Shown here in pieces: positions 55,423 through 56,785 of a stretch of 56,785 bases of DNA. The first letter of the stretch is position 1. Each line of letters begins with the position of its first letter. The notes under the pieces are model-generated. The model was not told the origin of the DNA. It was given only the letters and a program-made list of their open reading frames with translations, and did not search any database. The position numbers and the translations under genes were made by a program. Where the stretch lies: the NCBI GenBank assembly GCA_900320735.1, contig ONTJ01000031.1, forward strand, positions 1 through 56,785. The letters are read 5' to 3'. Origin of the DNA: an uncultured Eubacteriales bacterium (GTDB lineage: Bacteria; Bacillota_I; Bacilli_A; RF39; UBA660).

Positions 55423-56785
55423 ATGTTAAATCTACATTTTCAAGTAGCAAGTTTATTCTATATAATTTTGATAATAATATTTTTTTATTCAAAACAAAGA
55501 GTACAAAACTTTGAAACAAGAATATTTTCATGTTTATTGTGGATAGATTTAATTGGAATAATTTTTGACATTGTACTTGTTGTATACGGATATTATGATC
55601 CATATAACAATGTAGTATATTTACTGAATAAATACTATCTATCATATATCATAATTTGGATATCATTATTTAGTATGTATTTTGTAAAGAATGCATTTAA
55701 TAATTCGAAAGTTATTGATAGAAAAACAATAAATATAATTTATTTATTAATATGTTTGATTAGTATTTTTGGTGTTTTTATATCAAAAGTTAAATTGTAT
55801 AATGAAAATGGAGTAATGTATTCATATGGTAAACCAATTAATATTGTAGTATATTATTCATTATTACATATCTTTGCTGTAGCTTTAGTTACATACTTCA
55901 ATCGAAAAAAATTAGCAGTAAAAAAATATATACCAATCCTTGCATTGATATTTCTATGTTTTCTAGCATTTATTATGAGATTGATTTCTCCAGGGATACT
56001 ACTTACAACTTCTATAATAAGTTTTGTTAATGTGGTTATGTTTTTTACAATTGAAAACCCAGATTTAAAAATGATTGAGCAATTAAATATAGCAAAAGAA
56101 CAAGCAGATAGAGCAAATAATGCTAAAACAGAATTTTTATCTAGTATGTCACATGAAATAAGAACACCACTTAATGCAATTGTAGGTTTTTCTAATACTT
56201 TAAATGAAAATCCTAATTTGCCTGGAGAACTTAAAGATGAAGTACATGATATACTTTCAGCTTCTGACACACTTCTTGAAATAGTAAATGGAGTTCTTGA
56301 TATATCAAAAATAGAAGCAAATAAAATAGAAATAGTAAAAGAAGAATATGATATTAAGAAAGTATTCGATGAACTATGCAAATTAACAAAAACAAGAATA
56401 GGTAATAAACCAATTGAATTTGTATGTAAGATGGATGGAACTATTCCAAGAGTACTTTATGGGGATAGTATTAGAGTAAAACAAATTATACTTAATTTAC
56501 TTACTAATGCCGCAAAATATACTGATGAAGGTAAAATTACATTTACTATAGATTCAGCAAAAAAAGATAATATTATTAGACTTATAATAAGTGTTAAAGA
56601 TACAGGAAGAGGTATAAAAGAAGAAAGTATTGGCAAATTGTTTAATAAATTTGAAAGATTAGATGAGGAGAGAAATACAACAATTGAAGGAACTGGTCTA
56701 GGACTTGCAATCACTAAAAAATTAGTTGATTTAATGCATGGAAATATAGTTGTTCAAAGTAAATATGGTAAGGGAAGTAAGTTTA
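55423..56785 (+). CDS. sensor histidine kinase with a multi-TM N-terminal sensor; 3' end outside the window
   Basis: The frame is open from ATG 55423 to the window end, so it is absent from the ORF track for lack of a stop. About 6 TM helices are followed by HisKA ([19 protein letters not shown]) and HATPase_c (LLTNAAKYT…DTGRGI…GTGLGLAI) domains. The track's minus-strand ORFs here are antisense shadows of this gene. Confidence 0.85.
   Translation, partial: MLNLHFQVASLFYIILIIIFFYSKQRVQNFETRIFSCLLWIDLIGIIFDIVLVVYGYYDPYNNVVYLLNKYYLSYIIIWISLFSMYFVKNAFNNSKVIDRKTINIIYLLICLISIFGVFISKVKLYNENGVMYSYGKPINIVVYYSLLHIFAVALVTYFNRKKLAVKKYIPILALIFLCFLAFIMRLISPGILLTTSIISFVNVVMFFTIENPDLKMIEQLNIAKEQADRANNAKTEFLSSMSHEIRTPLNAIVGFSNTLNENPNLPGELKDEVHDILSASDTLLEIVNGVLDISKIEANKIEIVKEEYDIKKVFDELCKLTKTRIGNKPIEFVCKMDGTIPRVLYGDSIRVKQIILNLLTNAAKYTDEGKITFTIDSAKKDNIIRLIISVKDTGRGIKEESIGKLFNKFERLDEERNTTIEGTGLGLAITKKLVDLMHGNIVVQSKYGKGSKF

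Noticed and set aside
55397-56714. Three minus-strand ORFs (55397-55645, 55854-56381, 56457-56714) at the right end of the window.
   Set aside because: The + strand frame starting at ATG 55423 is open to the window edge and encodes clear HisKA and HATPase_c motifs. The minus-strand ORFs are antisense shadows of it.
1-56785. Search for CRISPR arrays, tRNA or rRNA genes, transposases, integrases, prophage blocks and known defence-system genes.
   Set aside because: There are no regularly spaced direct repeats and no tRNA-like GGTTCGAATCC-type T-arm motifs. No DDE, tyrosine- or serine-recombinase-like ORFs are present. The only repeats are intragenic duplications (17438-17641, 19681-19838) and paralogous glycosyltransferase genes.

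Overview
This is a chromosomal segment from a very AT-rich, low-GC Gram-positive bacterium (Bacillota-like). That placement rests on a T-box leader, an LtaS/LCP/TagA-type envelope gene set, a miaB-ymcA-like gene pair, and widespread TGnTATAAT extended -10 promoters. Almost all genes are on the + strand. Bases 1-9.5 kb hold translation and RNA-modification housekeeping genes: a Ser T-box with serS, dCMP deaminase, miaB, a TrmH-family methyltransferase, rimM, a C-terminally extended trmD, and trpS. Bases 9.5-21.4 kb hold cell-envelope genes: a GGDEF receptor, a YihY protein, an LtaS-type sulfatase, an LCP ligase with Cys-rich tandem repeats, a dockerin-bearing peptidoglycan hydrolase, and a membrane-anchored neighbour. 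Bases 21.4-40.9 kb form a large accessory glycopolymer locus. It contains an acyltransferase, tagA-like and wecB/mnaA genes, several GT2/GT4 genes, an ABC-2 exporter pair, and an 859-aa multidomain glycosyltransferase. It also holds a GT4 gene broken at a poly(A) tract, a GtrA/GtrB/polytopic-glycosyltransferase module, and a further GT4 gene. The standout feature is an ORF-free, G+C-enriched stretch of about 610 nt (41.9-42.5 kb). It has its own near-consensus promoter, an intrinsic terminator and many helices, and I interpret it as a large structured ncRNA whose family I cannot assign by eye. The remainder encodes a repeat-rich membrane-anchored protein, an ABC-F ATPase, a SEDS protein, tdk, a Fic protein, two FAD enzymes, a HAD-acyltransferase fusion and the 5' part of a sensor histidine kinase. 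I saw no tRNA or rRNA genes, CRISPR arrays, transposases or integrases.
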